Sequence record: NC_070998.1
Direction: 5' to 3' (one strand)
DNA length: 64,000 nt
Shown: one piece after another, positions 6,983 to 15,540 of the stretch
Layout of the letters: each line of letters opens with the position of its first letter
How positions within the stretch are numbered: the stretch's first letter is position 1
The notes under the pieces: model-generated
The model's input: only the letters and a program-made list of their open reading frames with translations
What the model was told of the DNA's origin: nothing
The model's database searches: none
Made by a program: the position numbers and the translations under genes

Positions 6983-9241
6983 ATGTCAAAAGGTTCCGTA
7001 ATGAAAACGAATCTTGATCCTGCCAAATGTCCTTTCTGCGGTTCGCCCGAAGTGGAGTACCCAACACCCCGGACTGTTTATTCTTGCGGGACTAATGATT
7101 ATGACGGCCGCCCTGAATCAGCAATGCAATCTGAAACGTGTAAAGAGCGTGTGCTAGCTAAACCTGTTCACACTACCCAGTTTGAAAAGAAATTTGGTAT
7201 TAAGGAAGAAGATTGCAAAAACAAATATGAGTTGTGGTATTTCAAAACACTTCTTTCTTTACTGGAAGATGGAACAGTTAAAGACGACCGGACCAATACA
7301 GGAACACGTTCTATTCCGTTCCATACATATCAACACGATCTTCGTGAATCTTATCCGCTGATGAAGTCTCGTTATCTGGATCCCTTTAATCCTATTAAAG
7401 AAATGATCTGGATGTTGAGTGGTTCTTCTAATGTTAAACCTCTTCAGGAAATGGGAGTTCCTTTCTGGAATAGTTTTGCTGATGAAGACGGAGAGTTGGG
7501 TCCTGTTTACGGTGTACAGTGGCGTCATTGGAAAACCCCTGATGGTGAAGAAGTAGATCAAATCCAATATGTTCTTGACCTACTGGAGAATGAACCTACG
7601 TCTCGTCGTATGGTGGTTAGTTGCTGGAATCCATCCTTTATCCCAGTCGCTAAAACCGCACCGAAAGATAATCCGAAGCTAGGTAAGATGAGCTTGACAC
7701 CTTGCTTTGTAGCAGGAACACCTGTTTTAACACCACATGGCTATGTTGATATAGAAAGTTTAAACGCAGGAGATTTGGTTGTAACGGATAAGGGTAATAT
7801 ACAGCCGATAAATCATAAATGGATAACTGAATACACTGGCGAAATTATAGGCCTTTCTATGGTCTACCAGACAGAATTAATACAGTGTACACCAAACCAC
7901 CCGTTTCTAATTAAAAATAAAGGGTATATTGAATGTAAGGATATCAAGATTGGTGATAAACTTGGGATATTAAGGCCTAAATTTTCCGATCGAGTGCATG
8001 TAAACAACTGGTCAGTGTTAAATAGTTATCACCAAACCATTTCACATAGCGAGGAACTTAATAAAAACGATTATTATTTTCTTGGGTATTTTTTAGGAAA
8101 TGGATGGGTGTCACAAACACAACCTAGAGTTAGTGTGGCAATACCAAACAGTAAAGTGGAATGGTTGTTACCTAAAATAAGAAATTCGATAAAATTGATT
8201 CATAAACCAGGCATTTCCCCTAACGTAGCTACATACGCTACAAAATCGCAAAAGTGGTGGGGGTTGTTAAAAGAATTTGGTCATGGTGCTAGTAACAAAA
8301 AGATACCTGAATGGATTTTTACTTCCCCTATCGAGTTTGTAGAGGAGTTTATTAAAGGGTATAAAGACGCCGATGGGTTCGAATCTAAAAATAGAAAAGT
8401 GATCTCTTATACAACCACTTCTAGATCTTTAGCCTATGGACTTCAAAGATTATACGCTGGTTTAGGTAGACACGCGGCGGTATACAAACAAAAAAGACCT
8501 ACAACAACTATTATCGAGGGAAGGTGTGTAAATCAAAAAGACACTTACATGGTAAACCTTAGATCAAGAACAGTACATGATGTGGAAATGGATGGAGACT
8601 ACCTATGGGTCCCAGTGAACGGTATAGGGAAAAAGACAACTTCATGTTTGGTTTACAACTACGACGTAGGTCATGACCACACTTACGTGGTGCATAACTA
8701 CGCCACACACAACTGCCATTTTTCATTTGTTCTCACAGCAACACCAATGAACTTTGGTGACAGACTAAACTATTTCAAACATTCTCACCCAACCATCTAC
8801 AGTAATCTTTATCCAATCTCTGGTAAAGGTTGGACCGAGCGTGCTGAAGAAGCAATGAATCATCGCAATGTTCCTAAGTTCTATCTTGATCTTAGTTTCA
8901 TCATGCGGTCTAATGACTTTATTCTTGGTAACCCCGCTAACCTGAATGAATACGCTGCTCTATGTATGATGTTTGCACAACAACGCAACATGATCGCGCG
9001 CTATGTCAATTACACTGGTATTGATGTTCATATCTACTCTAACCACATTGCTGGTGCTAGAGAACAGATTGATTATGTCAAGAAACATCCGGAGATCTTT
9101 ACTGATGAACCAGCTAAAATACATATTGGTTTGAACGGGAAACCTAATACAATATTTGAATACACTGTTGATCATTTTGTAGTCCAAGATTACCATCGTG
9201 AAAATACTGGACCGGTAATTCGTTTCCCAATTGCTGTATAA
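6983..9241 (+). CDS. thyA: thymidylate synthase precursor with intein and N-terminal Cys-rich domain
   Basis: DRTNTGT, GPVYGVQWR, SRRMVV, P/CH, MRSND, GNPAN, DVHIYSNH motifs; interrupted by 337-aa intein. Confidence 0.95.
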   Translation: MSKGSVMKTNLDPAKCPFCGSPEVEYPTPRTVYSCGTNDYDGRPESAMQSETCKERVLAKPVHTTQFEKKFGIKEEDCKNKYELWYFKTLLSLLEDGTVKDDRTNTGTRSIPFHTYQHDLRESYPLMKSRYLDPFNPIKEMIWMLSGSSNVKPLQEMGVPFWNSFADEDGELGPVYGVQWRHWKTPDGEEVDQIQYVLDLLENEPTSRRMVVSCWNPSFIPVAKTAPKDNPKLGKMSLTPCFVAGTPVLTPHGYVDIESLNAGDLVVTDKGNIQPINHKWITEYTGEIIGLSMVYQTELIQCTPNHPFLIKNKGYIECKDIKIGDKLGILRPKFSDRVHVNNWSVLNSYHQTISHSEELNKNDYYFLGYFLGNGWVSQTQPRVSVAIPNSKVEWLLPKIRNSIKLIHKPGISPNVATYATKSQKWWGLLKEFGHGASNKKIPEWIFTSPIEFVEEFIKGYKDADGFESKNRKVISYTTTSRSLAYGLQRLYAGLGRHAAVYKQKRPTTTIIEGRCVNQKDTYMVNLRSRTVHDVEMDGDYLWVPVNGIGKKTTSCLVYNYDVGHDHTYVVHNYATHNCHFSFVLTATPMNFGDRLNYFKHSHPTIYSNLYPISGKGWTERAEEAMNHRNVPKFYLDLSFIMRSNDFILGNPANLNEYAALCMMFAQQRNMIARYVNYTGIDVHIYSNHIAGAREQIDYVKKHPEIFTDEPAKIHIGLNGKPNTIFEYTVDHFVVQDYHRENTGPVIRFPIAV
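7703..8713 (+). mobile_element. intein with LAGLIDADG homing endonuclease domain
   Basis: block A CFVAGTPV, block B CTPNHPF, block C LGYFLGNG, block E IKGYKDADG, block F/G VYNYDV..THN; +1 residue Cys. Confidence 0.95.
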
Positions 9242-9263
9242 CTAAATAAAGAGGTCGATTAAA

Positions 9264-9374
9264 ATGTCAGTTGGCGCTTTGTTGTTAATTGCTGTATTGT
9301 ATCTTATTGGCGTTTTGATCGATCTAGTTATTAATAAGAAGGATAAAAGACCTAAAGGGTTCAGGGAGGGATAA
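9264..9374 (+). CDS. small membrane peptide (36 aa)
   Basis: MSVGALLLIAVLYLIGVLIDLVINKKDKRPKGFREG; GAGG RBS; below ORF-track cutoff. Confidence 0.5.
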   Translation: MSVGALLLIAVLYLIGVLIDLVINKKDKRPKGFREG

Positions 9375-9455
9375 ATGATAAAAGGAATTTCTATACTAAT
9401 AATCTTTGGGATGATTATATTACCATTTATTATACTGATGGAGAATTTATATTGA
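9375..9455 (+). CDS. small hydrophobic peptide (26 aa)
   Basis: MIKGISILIIFGMIILPFIILMENLY; GGAGG RBS; abuts previous stop and overlaps next start. Confidence 0.4.
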   Translation: MIKGISILIIFGMIILPFIILMENLY

Positions 9456-9700
9456 CATTTATTATAGAGTTTAGCTTAGGGTTTCTTCAGTTCATCAAAG
9501 AGTACTGGGTAACTGTTTTACTGGTATCTTGTATTTTTATTATCTTCGATATTATCGATCTAAAGAAACGCGAACATAAATCTGTTAGACAACATCGTGC
9601 TATGTTATTTTGGTTATTTATCCAATATAACGTTATTACGGTAGTCTTCGGATATATTCTATTACTTGTCGGTAAGACATTTCACTTTATAGTAAGTTAG
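9452..9700 (+). CDS. small membrane protein
   Basis: TTG start, two hydrophobic helices. Confidence 0.55.
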   Translation: MTFIIEFSLGFLQFIKEYWVTVLLVSCIFIIFDIIDLKKREHKSVRQHRAMLFWLFIQYNVITVVFGYILLLVGKTFHFIVS

Positions 9701-9709
9701 GAGAATTAA

Positions 9710-9982
9710 ATGGATTTTCTCGCGTTTATTACCAGTCAAGACTTTTTGTTCTGGGCGCTTATGTTTGTAACTATTGCAGTGGCGTACTTGTTCTCACTAC
9801 TACGAGTTATTCTAGTTGATGTCAAAGACACTAAACTTGCATATGGTCCTTATTGCAAGAATCTGAAGTTGTTGTATAAACCCTATAAGCAATGTTTTAA
9901 AGAAGCTTTCACCCAAGAGTGGAAGACTATGTTTTTGTTTGTAGTAATTTACATTAGCTACTTCTATTACCAATTCGGTTAA
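9710..9982 (+). CDS. small membrane protein
   Basis: AGGAG RBS, hydrophobic N- and C-terminal segments. Confidence 0.65.
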   Translation: MDFLAFITSQDFLFWALMFVTIAVAYLFSLLRVILVDVKDTKLAYGPYCKNLKLLYKPYKQCFKEAFTQEWKTMFLFVVIYISYFYYQFG

Positions 9983-10043
9983 TTTCATTTGGAGGTGGGA
10001 AACTACCTCCAAACTCTTTATGTTTTAATATGGGATTTTAATA

Positions 10044-10694
10044 ATGAGTAAATTGGTTCTAGCATTTGATATAGATGACACCTTGGCGGTCACTGGCGGC
10101 TACATTAATAAAAAGATTAAAGAGTTCTTCAAACAAAATGGCATGAAAGAAGAACTTGAATATGTACTTGCTAATGAAGAAAATGTTTCTACTATGTTGT
10201 ACCCAGCTTGGATTAAGAAACACGTAGATAAAGAGATTATCGGTCCTGGTTTTTACATGCTCGAAGCTGCTAAGACAGCTCTGTGTTCTGCTTTTTCTAT
10301 TGGAACATTAGAAGCATTGCTGGAACATCACGGGGATGATATCATCGTTTCGGTTTGCTCACATCGTGGTTTCCATCCTTATGGTGAAATCTACACACGT
10401 CAGTGGTTGGACGAAAATAAACTTCTTCATCTGTTTGAAGATATTCATATGCTGGATTCGTCTGTTCAACCAGATAAAGTTTCTTTCCTTAAGGAAACTT
10501 ATCCTGATCATGAAATCTTGTTGATTGACGATAACCCAATGTCCAAGCATCTGGGTGAAGTAATTCCTCATCATGAAGAAATTATCATTTATGATGAAGA
10601 ACATAAACTTGACGCTTATGTAAATCAAACCAGGTATCAATCACCTAAACAACTTTCACGTTTGATTATGGATCGACTGGAACGTCTTCTATAA
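10044..10694 (+). CDS. HAD-superfamily hydrolase (nucleotidase-like)
   Basis: motif I FDIDDT, motif II CSHRG, Lys in PDK, motif IV LIDD. Confidence 0.8.
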   Translation: MSKLVLAFDIDDTLAVTGGYINKKIKEFFKQNGMKEELEYVLANEENVSTMLYPAWIKKHVDKEIIGPGFYMLEAAKTALCSAFSIGTLEALLEHHGDDIIVSVCSHRGFHPYGEIYTRQWLDENKLLHLFEDIHMLDSSVQPDKVSFLKETYPDHEILLIDDNPMSKHLGEVIPHHEEIIIYDEEHKLDAYVNQTRYQSPKQLSRLIMDRLERLL

Positions 10695-10705
10695 GGATAA
10701 TAAAG

Positions 10706-11191
10706 ATGGAACTCAAATTCCTTTCCGTTAATATTAATACCATTAAGAATGTACTTAATGAAAAACAGATCGCTAAAGTTATTGAATTGCAAAACAACTT
10801 GATCAAATGGGAAATTGAAAACAAGAAGTTTTTATGTGATCAAGAAACTTTATCCCCACTATCCACAGATATTAACGGTTTACTCAGACGCGATTGTCAA
10901 GTACTTTATGTCGCTATTAATCCTGTTAATAATCTACCAGTAGCAATTACTGTGGCTGAACCACATCCTGATAATAGAGAAATTTGTGGACTGATGTCGG
11001 TCTGTGTTGAACCTATGTACAAACGGGAAGGAATTGGTTCTCAATTGATGAACGAAATTAAAGAAGATCTTTCTAGTAATGGATTTAAAGAGATCGTCTT
11101 GTTTTTAGATTTTAGAAGTCCAGAAGCTTTGGGGTTCTATACAAGTTTAGGTTTTCAGTTAACTTTTGCAAACGCTTCGTTAGGGATTTAA
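10706..11191 (+). CDS. GNAT family N-acetyltransferase
   Basis: acetyl-CoA motif A VEPMYKREGIGSQL and A..FY..LGF. Confidence 0.85.
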   Translation: MELKFLSVNINTIKNVLNEKQIAKVIELQNNLIKWEIENKKFLCDQETLSPLSTDINGLLRRDCQVLYVAINPVNNLPVAITVAEPHPDNREICGLMSVCVEPMYKREGIGSQLMNEIKEDLSSNGFKEIVLFLDFRSPEALGFYTSLGFQLTFANASLGI

Positions 11192-11192
11192 A

Positions 11193-11726
11193 ATGACTTG
11201 TCAAGTATCAATGATTTTTGCTAGCGATAAAAATTCAGGAATAGGCCTCAATAATAAACTACCATGGGATTCAATCCCAGAAGACATGGAATGGTTTAAA
11301 CAATGCACAATGGGTAAGACTGTTGTAATGGGTAGAAAGACTTGGGAATCTCTTCCAGAGCGTTTTAGGCCACTTCCTGGGCGCACTAACGTTGTCTTAA
11401 CTTCTAATACTGATAACTTTATTGATGCAATTGTTTCACCATCGATAGGAGCAGTGTTGGAACGATTTAAAGATGAGAAAGAAATTGTTGTAATCGGCGG
11501 TGGTGAAGTCTACAAGTCTTTTGCTCCATATGTCACAAGAGTCTATCAAACCAACATTCTTGACAAACACCGCGTTGATGTTAGAATGGAAGTTGAATGT
11601 GACGATTGGGACCTTATTTATTTTGACGCCAGGAAAGGCCAAGATGGTCCCATATTCCAAATATTCGAAAAAATAGATGGAAATGAAGAATTAATAATTA
11701 GTGTTGAAAATATCTTACCTCTATAA
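11193..11726 (+). CDS. folA: dihydrofolate reductase
   Basis: IGLNNKLPW, EDMEWFK, VVMGRKTWES, RPLPGRTN, VIGGGEVY. Confidence 0.95.
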   Translation: MTCQVSMIFASDKNSGIGLNNKLPWDSIPEDMEWFKQCTMGKTVVMGRKTWESLPERFRPLPGRTNVVLTSNTDNFIDAIVSPSIGAVLERFKDEKEIVVIGGGEVYKSFAPYVTRVYQTNILDKHRVDVRMEVECDDWDLIYFDARKGQDGPIFQIFEKIDGNEELIISVENILPL

Positions 11727-11752
11727 TTTTTCAAACATATATTATTAAGATG
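11721..11752 (+). promoter_or_regulatory. putative early promoter
   Basis: CTATAATTTTTCAAACATATATTATTAAGATG overlapping the DHFR stop, upstream of clpP-groEL. Confidence 0.6.
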
Positions 11753-11784
11753 GATAAGTAGAAAAGGTATTTAGGAGAACCCCG

Positions 11785-12516
11785 ATGAGTGAAGAACAAA
11801 AAGTAGAAGAAGTTGTTGAAAGACCCACCTGGGACACATATTCACTATGTGGTGAGATAGAATACTCCGCGATCGATAACTTCGCTAGTTTATTGCGTTC
11901 TAAGGATCCCGGCACGCCAATGATTTTGCTAGTTAGATCTGGTGGTGGCTCTAGTAACCCAGCAAACACTATCACAGATATGATCAACGCCCAACATTGC
12001 AAAAAAGTGATTATTGGTTTGTCTATGGTTTGTTCCGCAGCGTGGGTTCTGTTTACCCCTTTGCAAGCATTAAGACTTTGTTACAGGACATCATTGTTCA
12101 TGCAGCATCAATCAACGTACAGTATTAAAGGTGTTTCGCGGGACGAAGCTAATATGATAATGGGTGTTCAAAACCACCTCACCTACACTATGGACGATAT
12201 GTTTAAGGAAGGGTTTGGGATAGACGATAAAACTCTACAAAAACTTATTGCTAAAGAAAGTTGGATTTCTTCCTCCGAAGCTTTGTTCTTTGGTGACCGC
12301 GGTATAGTTGACGGCATTATTGCTAAGGAGTTAAGAACTGAAGATTACATCGTTCTTACCAGGGACGGTTATAAGCGTATCGATGTTAATGAAGTTTATA
12401 ACTCTTATCTCCTTAGACGTCATCCCCTTCTGACGGAAGAAGAGTGTGAAGAGTTTGGACTCAAACAACATGTTCCAGTTCCTGTTGGATTGAAGTTCCC
12501 TAAAGCTTTTGCTTAA
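11785..12516 (+). CDS. clpP: ClpP-like serine protease
   Basis: SGGG oxyanion region, VCSAA (Ser), MQHQ (His), KESWISSSEA aligning to RDRFLSAPEA. Confidence 0.7.
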   Translation: MSEEQKVEEVVERPTWDTYSLCGEIEYSAIDNFASLLRSKDPGTPMILLVRSGGGSSNPANTITDMINAQHCKKVIIGLSMVCSAAWVLFTPLQALRLCYRTSLFMQHQSTYSIKGVSRDEANMIMGVQNHLTYTMDDMFKEGFGIDDKTLQKLIAKESWISSSEALFFGDRGIVDGIIAKELRTEDYIVLTRDGYKRIDVNEVYNSYLLRRHPLLTEEECEEFGLKQHVPVPVGLKFPKAFA

Positions 12517-12568
12517 TGTTTAACACAAGTCTAGTAATGTAAACCTATAATTAAATAAGGATCTGATC

Positions 12569-14122
12569 ATGTCTATTTTGACCGAACAAACCTTTACCAA
12601 TAAAGAAGAAACCCGCGCCATTATTGATGAAGTTATCCAAATGGCGTATGAAAGCGTTTGTTCCACCATGGGTCCAAACGGAAGTTATGCGGTTATTAAT
12701 CAGCTCAATAAACCGAAACTCACTAAAGATGGCGTGTCGGTAGCTAAGGCACTGGACTTCAACGAAGCACGCCGAAACCTCATCGCTGATGTGATCAAAG
12801 AACCTTCTATCAAAACTGATCTGGAGGTCGGTGACGGCACTACTACTACTGTATTCCTGACTTACAATCTTTACAAAATGTTTAAAAACAAAATGGGTTT
12901 CACCCAAACTCGTTTTGTTGACAAACTGGTTAAAGAAGCGATAGAAGAGATCAACAAGCTGATTATCCCAGGTGATATTCATTCTGACACATTCCGCAAG
13001 ATGTTGATGACAACATCTAACTACGAATCAGAAATCGTAGATAAGGTACTGGAGATTTATCAAACCCACGATAATCCCAATATCCGCTTGGAAAACTGTC
13101 CGACGCTTCCTGCTGATCAGATTGTGGAAACCAAGGAAATTCTGTTCCCGGGGAATTATGGTAAAGATATCTTTACTCCTCCACATCCTGGTATTTTGAA
13201 TGTTCCTCTGGAAGCTAAGTGCCCAGTAGTGATCATTGATGGTGTTGTTAATATGATTGTTGTTAACAAGCTTATCGGAGCGTTCACTGGTTATAATAAC
13301 GTAGTAATGTTTGCACGTAGTTTTGAACCTATCGCGTTGAGTGCTTTGCAATCTATTAATGGTCAAGGTGCCACTAAGTTCATCCCGTTCAAAGTAGAAG
13401 CTGCTGGTTCTCTTGGTAGTAATATTCTATCTGAACTGGGTAAGCTAGTAGGTGTTACTCCTGTTGTGGGTGTAGAAGAGATCTATGAACGTGAAACGGT
13501 AGAATTGGCCAGATGTTCATTTATCCTCACTACGCAAGGTGTTATGTTCACTAAGGAAGATCCGGTTATTAGCAAAGTAGCCGAAGAGATCCTTTCTGAA
13601 CTTGTACCTCGTTATGAGAAAATGAATGCCATTGACAAGCAAACACCAATCGGATTGTCTTTGTTTACTCGTATCTCTCGTCTTCGTGCTAATAATGTAA
13701 CTATTAAAGTTACTGGTACAGTTCCGTCGGAAGCTACTGAACGTTACTACCGTTATGAAGATGCAATGAAAGCAGCCAAGACCGGCTCCATTTATGGTAT
13801 CCTTCCTGGTATTGGTTGGGGTTATCTAACTGTTGCGCAAACACTACTTTCCAAATATGGAGCGCTTGAACTAACCCAAGAGCAACAAGATTTGGTGTTG
13901 GATTTCACTTCAGTGTTAACCCAACCGTATCTTCATCTCACTGGGAACACTTTGGAGAACATCAAGTTCCTTGATTTGGTAACAGGTTTGGAAGAAGAAG
14001 TCCCAACTGGTGTGTTTGATAACGCGGCGGCAACAATGACAGCTTTGACTGGTGGCTGGGCTTGCTGTAAGACTCTTGCTAAGATTAACAATATCATGGG
14101 TCGTTCTAGCAAATCCTATTAA
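12569..14122 (+). CDS. groEL: phage chaperonin, GroEL-like
   Basis: TMGPNG, TKDGVSVAK, GDGTTT, RYEDA, PGIG motifs; 517 aa; no GGM tail. Confidence 0.9.
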   Translation: MSILTEQTFTNKEETRAIIDEVIQMAYESVCSTMGPNGSYAVINQLNKPKLTKDGVSVAKALDFNEARRNLIADVIKEPSIKTDLEVGDGTTTTVFLTYNLYKMFKNKMGFTQTRFVDKLVKEAIEEINKLIIPGDIHSDTFRKMLMTTSNYESEIVDKVLEIYQTHDNPNIRLENCPTLPADQIVETKEILFPGNYGKDIFTPPHPGILNVPLEAKCPVVIIDGVVNMIVVNKLIGAFTGYNNVVMFARSFEPIALSALQSINGQGATKFIPFKVEAAGSLGSNILSELGKLVGVTPVVGVEEIYERETVELARCSFILTTQGVMFTKEDPVISKVAEEILSELVPRYEKMNAIDKQTPIGLSLFTRISRLRANNVTIKVTGTVPSEATERYYRYEDAMKAAKTGSIYGILPGIGWGYLTVAQTLLSKYGALELTQEQQDLVLDFTSVLTQPYLHLTGNTLENIKFLDLVTGLEEEVPTGVFDNAAATMTALTGGWACCKTLAKINNIMGRSSKSY

Positions 14123-14195
14123 TATATTTGCGGGGTTTGGTGGGGGAGTTGAATCTCCCCCATCTTTTTTAACATATTTATTTTTGGTAAAACAT

Positions 14196-14447
14196 ATGAA
14201 TATAGCGGCTCAACGCAGGGCAAACCTGCTAAGTAACACTAATCTGGTATTAATGTTTAGTTTGGTTTTTATAGCAGGTATAATGACCTTAGTTCACAGC
14301 AACCAATTCGGTTTATTTTTGTTTGTTTTTACTTTAATTAGAGTTGGCCAAATGTTATTTATGGACGTCAAATGGGTAGTAAGTCCAATAACAATGATGA
14401 TCATTGTCTGTGTATCAATAGGAAACGTAATAGGGTATCTCATTTAA
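14196..14447 (+). CDS. membrane protein
   Basis: three hydrophobic segments; start placed at ATG 14196 after hairpin 14139-14163. Confidence 0.55.
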   Translation: MNIAAQRRANLLSNTNLVLMFSLVFIAGIMTLVHSNQFGLFLFVFTLIRVGQMLFMDVKWVVSPITMMIIVCVSIGNVIGYLI

Positions 14448-14459
14448 AGGGATAGGTAA

Positions 14460-14738
14460 ATGAACTGTAGTGTAGAATTGAAAACTATCAAAAATGATTT
14501 TGTTAAGTGGTTGGAAAACAATACTTTAACTTTTATCTTCACAATTATTACTGCTGTACTGGTTTGTGTTTTAACCTACAGTTACGTTCCTTATCATATA
14601 GGAGTTTTCTACGGACCTTTCTCCATAATAGCTTTAGTAATTCAGGGAAATAAATCTAATTACCTTTTCCATCCATTAATGTTTCTTGCTTGGATTATCG
14701 TGGTAGTTTGTGAAGTTACTAGGATCATTATTATTTAG
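14460..14738 (+). CDS. membrane protein
   Basis: three hydrophobic segments. Confidence 0.6.
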   Translation: MNCSVELKTIKNDFVKWLENNTLTFIFTIITAVLVCVLTYSYVPYHIGVFYGPFSIIALVIQGNKSNYLFHPLMFLAWIIVVVCEVTRIIII

Positions 14739-14764
14739 ATTAATAACTTATAAGAGAGAACGAG

Positions 14765-15439
14765 ATGGCTAAGAAAATTTATTTGCAGTATGGTTGTATG
14801 AACAGTTCGAAAACTGCCAGTATGATTATGACACATTTCAATTATCGGGAACAAGGTCAAAACCCGATGATTCTAAAACCCAGTATTGATAACCGAGAAG
14901 GTACCGAACCTCTGGTTAAATGTCGTGCTGGTCTCTCCGCACATGCGGTAGTGTTTACTCCAGATACCAACCTGTTCTTTCTAGCGGCTAAACTATCCGG
15001 CGCTAAAGAAATTGATTTCAATCGATTAAACAAGCTGGTGGCTGAGACCGAAACTGAACATGAACAAATGGTTAGGTTCGGACAAGGTTTTGATAAAACC
15101 GTAGATTGTTTCCTAATCGACGAGATTCAATTCCTCACTATCGAACAAGCTAAACAGATTACCGACATTGCTGACTATCTCGATATTCCAGTGATGTGTT
15201 TTGGTCTTCGTAACGATTTCCAATCTAACCCATTCCCCGCTTCTGCTTATCTTCAAGCAAATGCCGAAGAGTTAAAAGAAACAAAAGGAATGTGTTTCTG
15301 CAAGCGAAAGGCAACACATGTTCTTCGAGTGGATGACGAAGGCAACGTGATCAAAGAAGGTGAACAAATCTGTGTTGGCAACAATGACAGATATCATAGT
15401 GTATGTCGTTACCATTATAAAGCAGGAGTTTTCAGGTAA
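14765..15439 (+). CDS. tdk: thymidine kinase
   Basis: YGCMNSSKT, IDEIQF, FGLRNDF, Zn ligands CFC..C, Y.SVCR.HY. Confidence 0.95.
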   Translation: MAKKIYLQYGCMNSSKTASMIMTHFNYREQGQNPMILKPSIDNREGTEPLVKCRAGLSAHAVVFTPDTNLFFLAAKLSGAKEIDFNRLNKLVAETETEHEQMVRFGQGFDKTVDCFLIDEIQFLTIEQAKQITDIADYLDIPVMCFGLRNDFQSNPFPASAYLQANAEELKETKGMCFCKRKATHVLRVDDEGNVIKEGEQICVGNNDRYHSVCRYHYKAGVFR

Positions 15440-15443
15440 CATT

Positions 15444-15481
15444 TAAGATCCATGAAATTTCAAACCTATATTACTATAGTG
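15444..15481 (+). promoter_or_regulatory. putative early promoter (TAAGATCCA variant)
   Basis: TAAGATCCA-N6-TTCAAACC-TATATTAC; TATATTAC is the phiKZ early promoter core. Confidence 0.7.
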
Positions 15482-15540
15482 ATAAATAGAAGAGATATTT
15501 TAATCACTTCTTTAACTTAACCAAATATAGGAATGAAATC

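Noticed and set aside
6983-9241. dCMP hydroxymethylase or other base-modification enzyme
   Set aside because: The specificity residue is Asn (GNPAN, equivalent to E. coli N177), as in dUMP-specific thymidylate synthase; no modification cluster is seen nearby
11193-11726. Trimethoprim-resistance dfrA gene
   Set aside because: Key folate-site residues look like ordinary DHFR, there is no integron or IS context, and it sits in a phage dTTP-supply region; resistance cannot be inferred without an MIC test
14052-14195. ORF-track N-terminal extension overlapping the groEL end
   Set aside because: It runs through the groEL stop and terminator hairpin; ATG 14196 is the more plausible start
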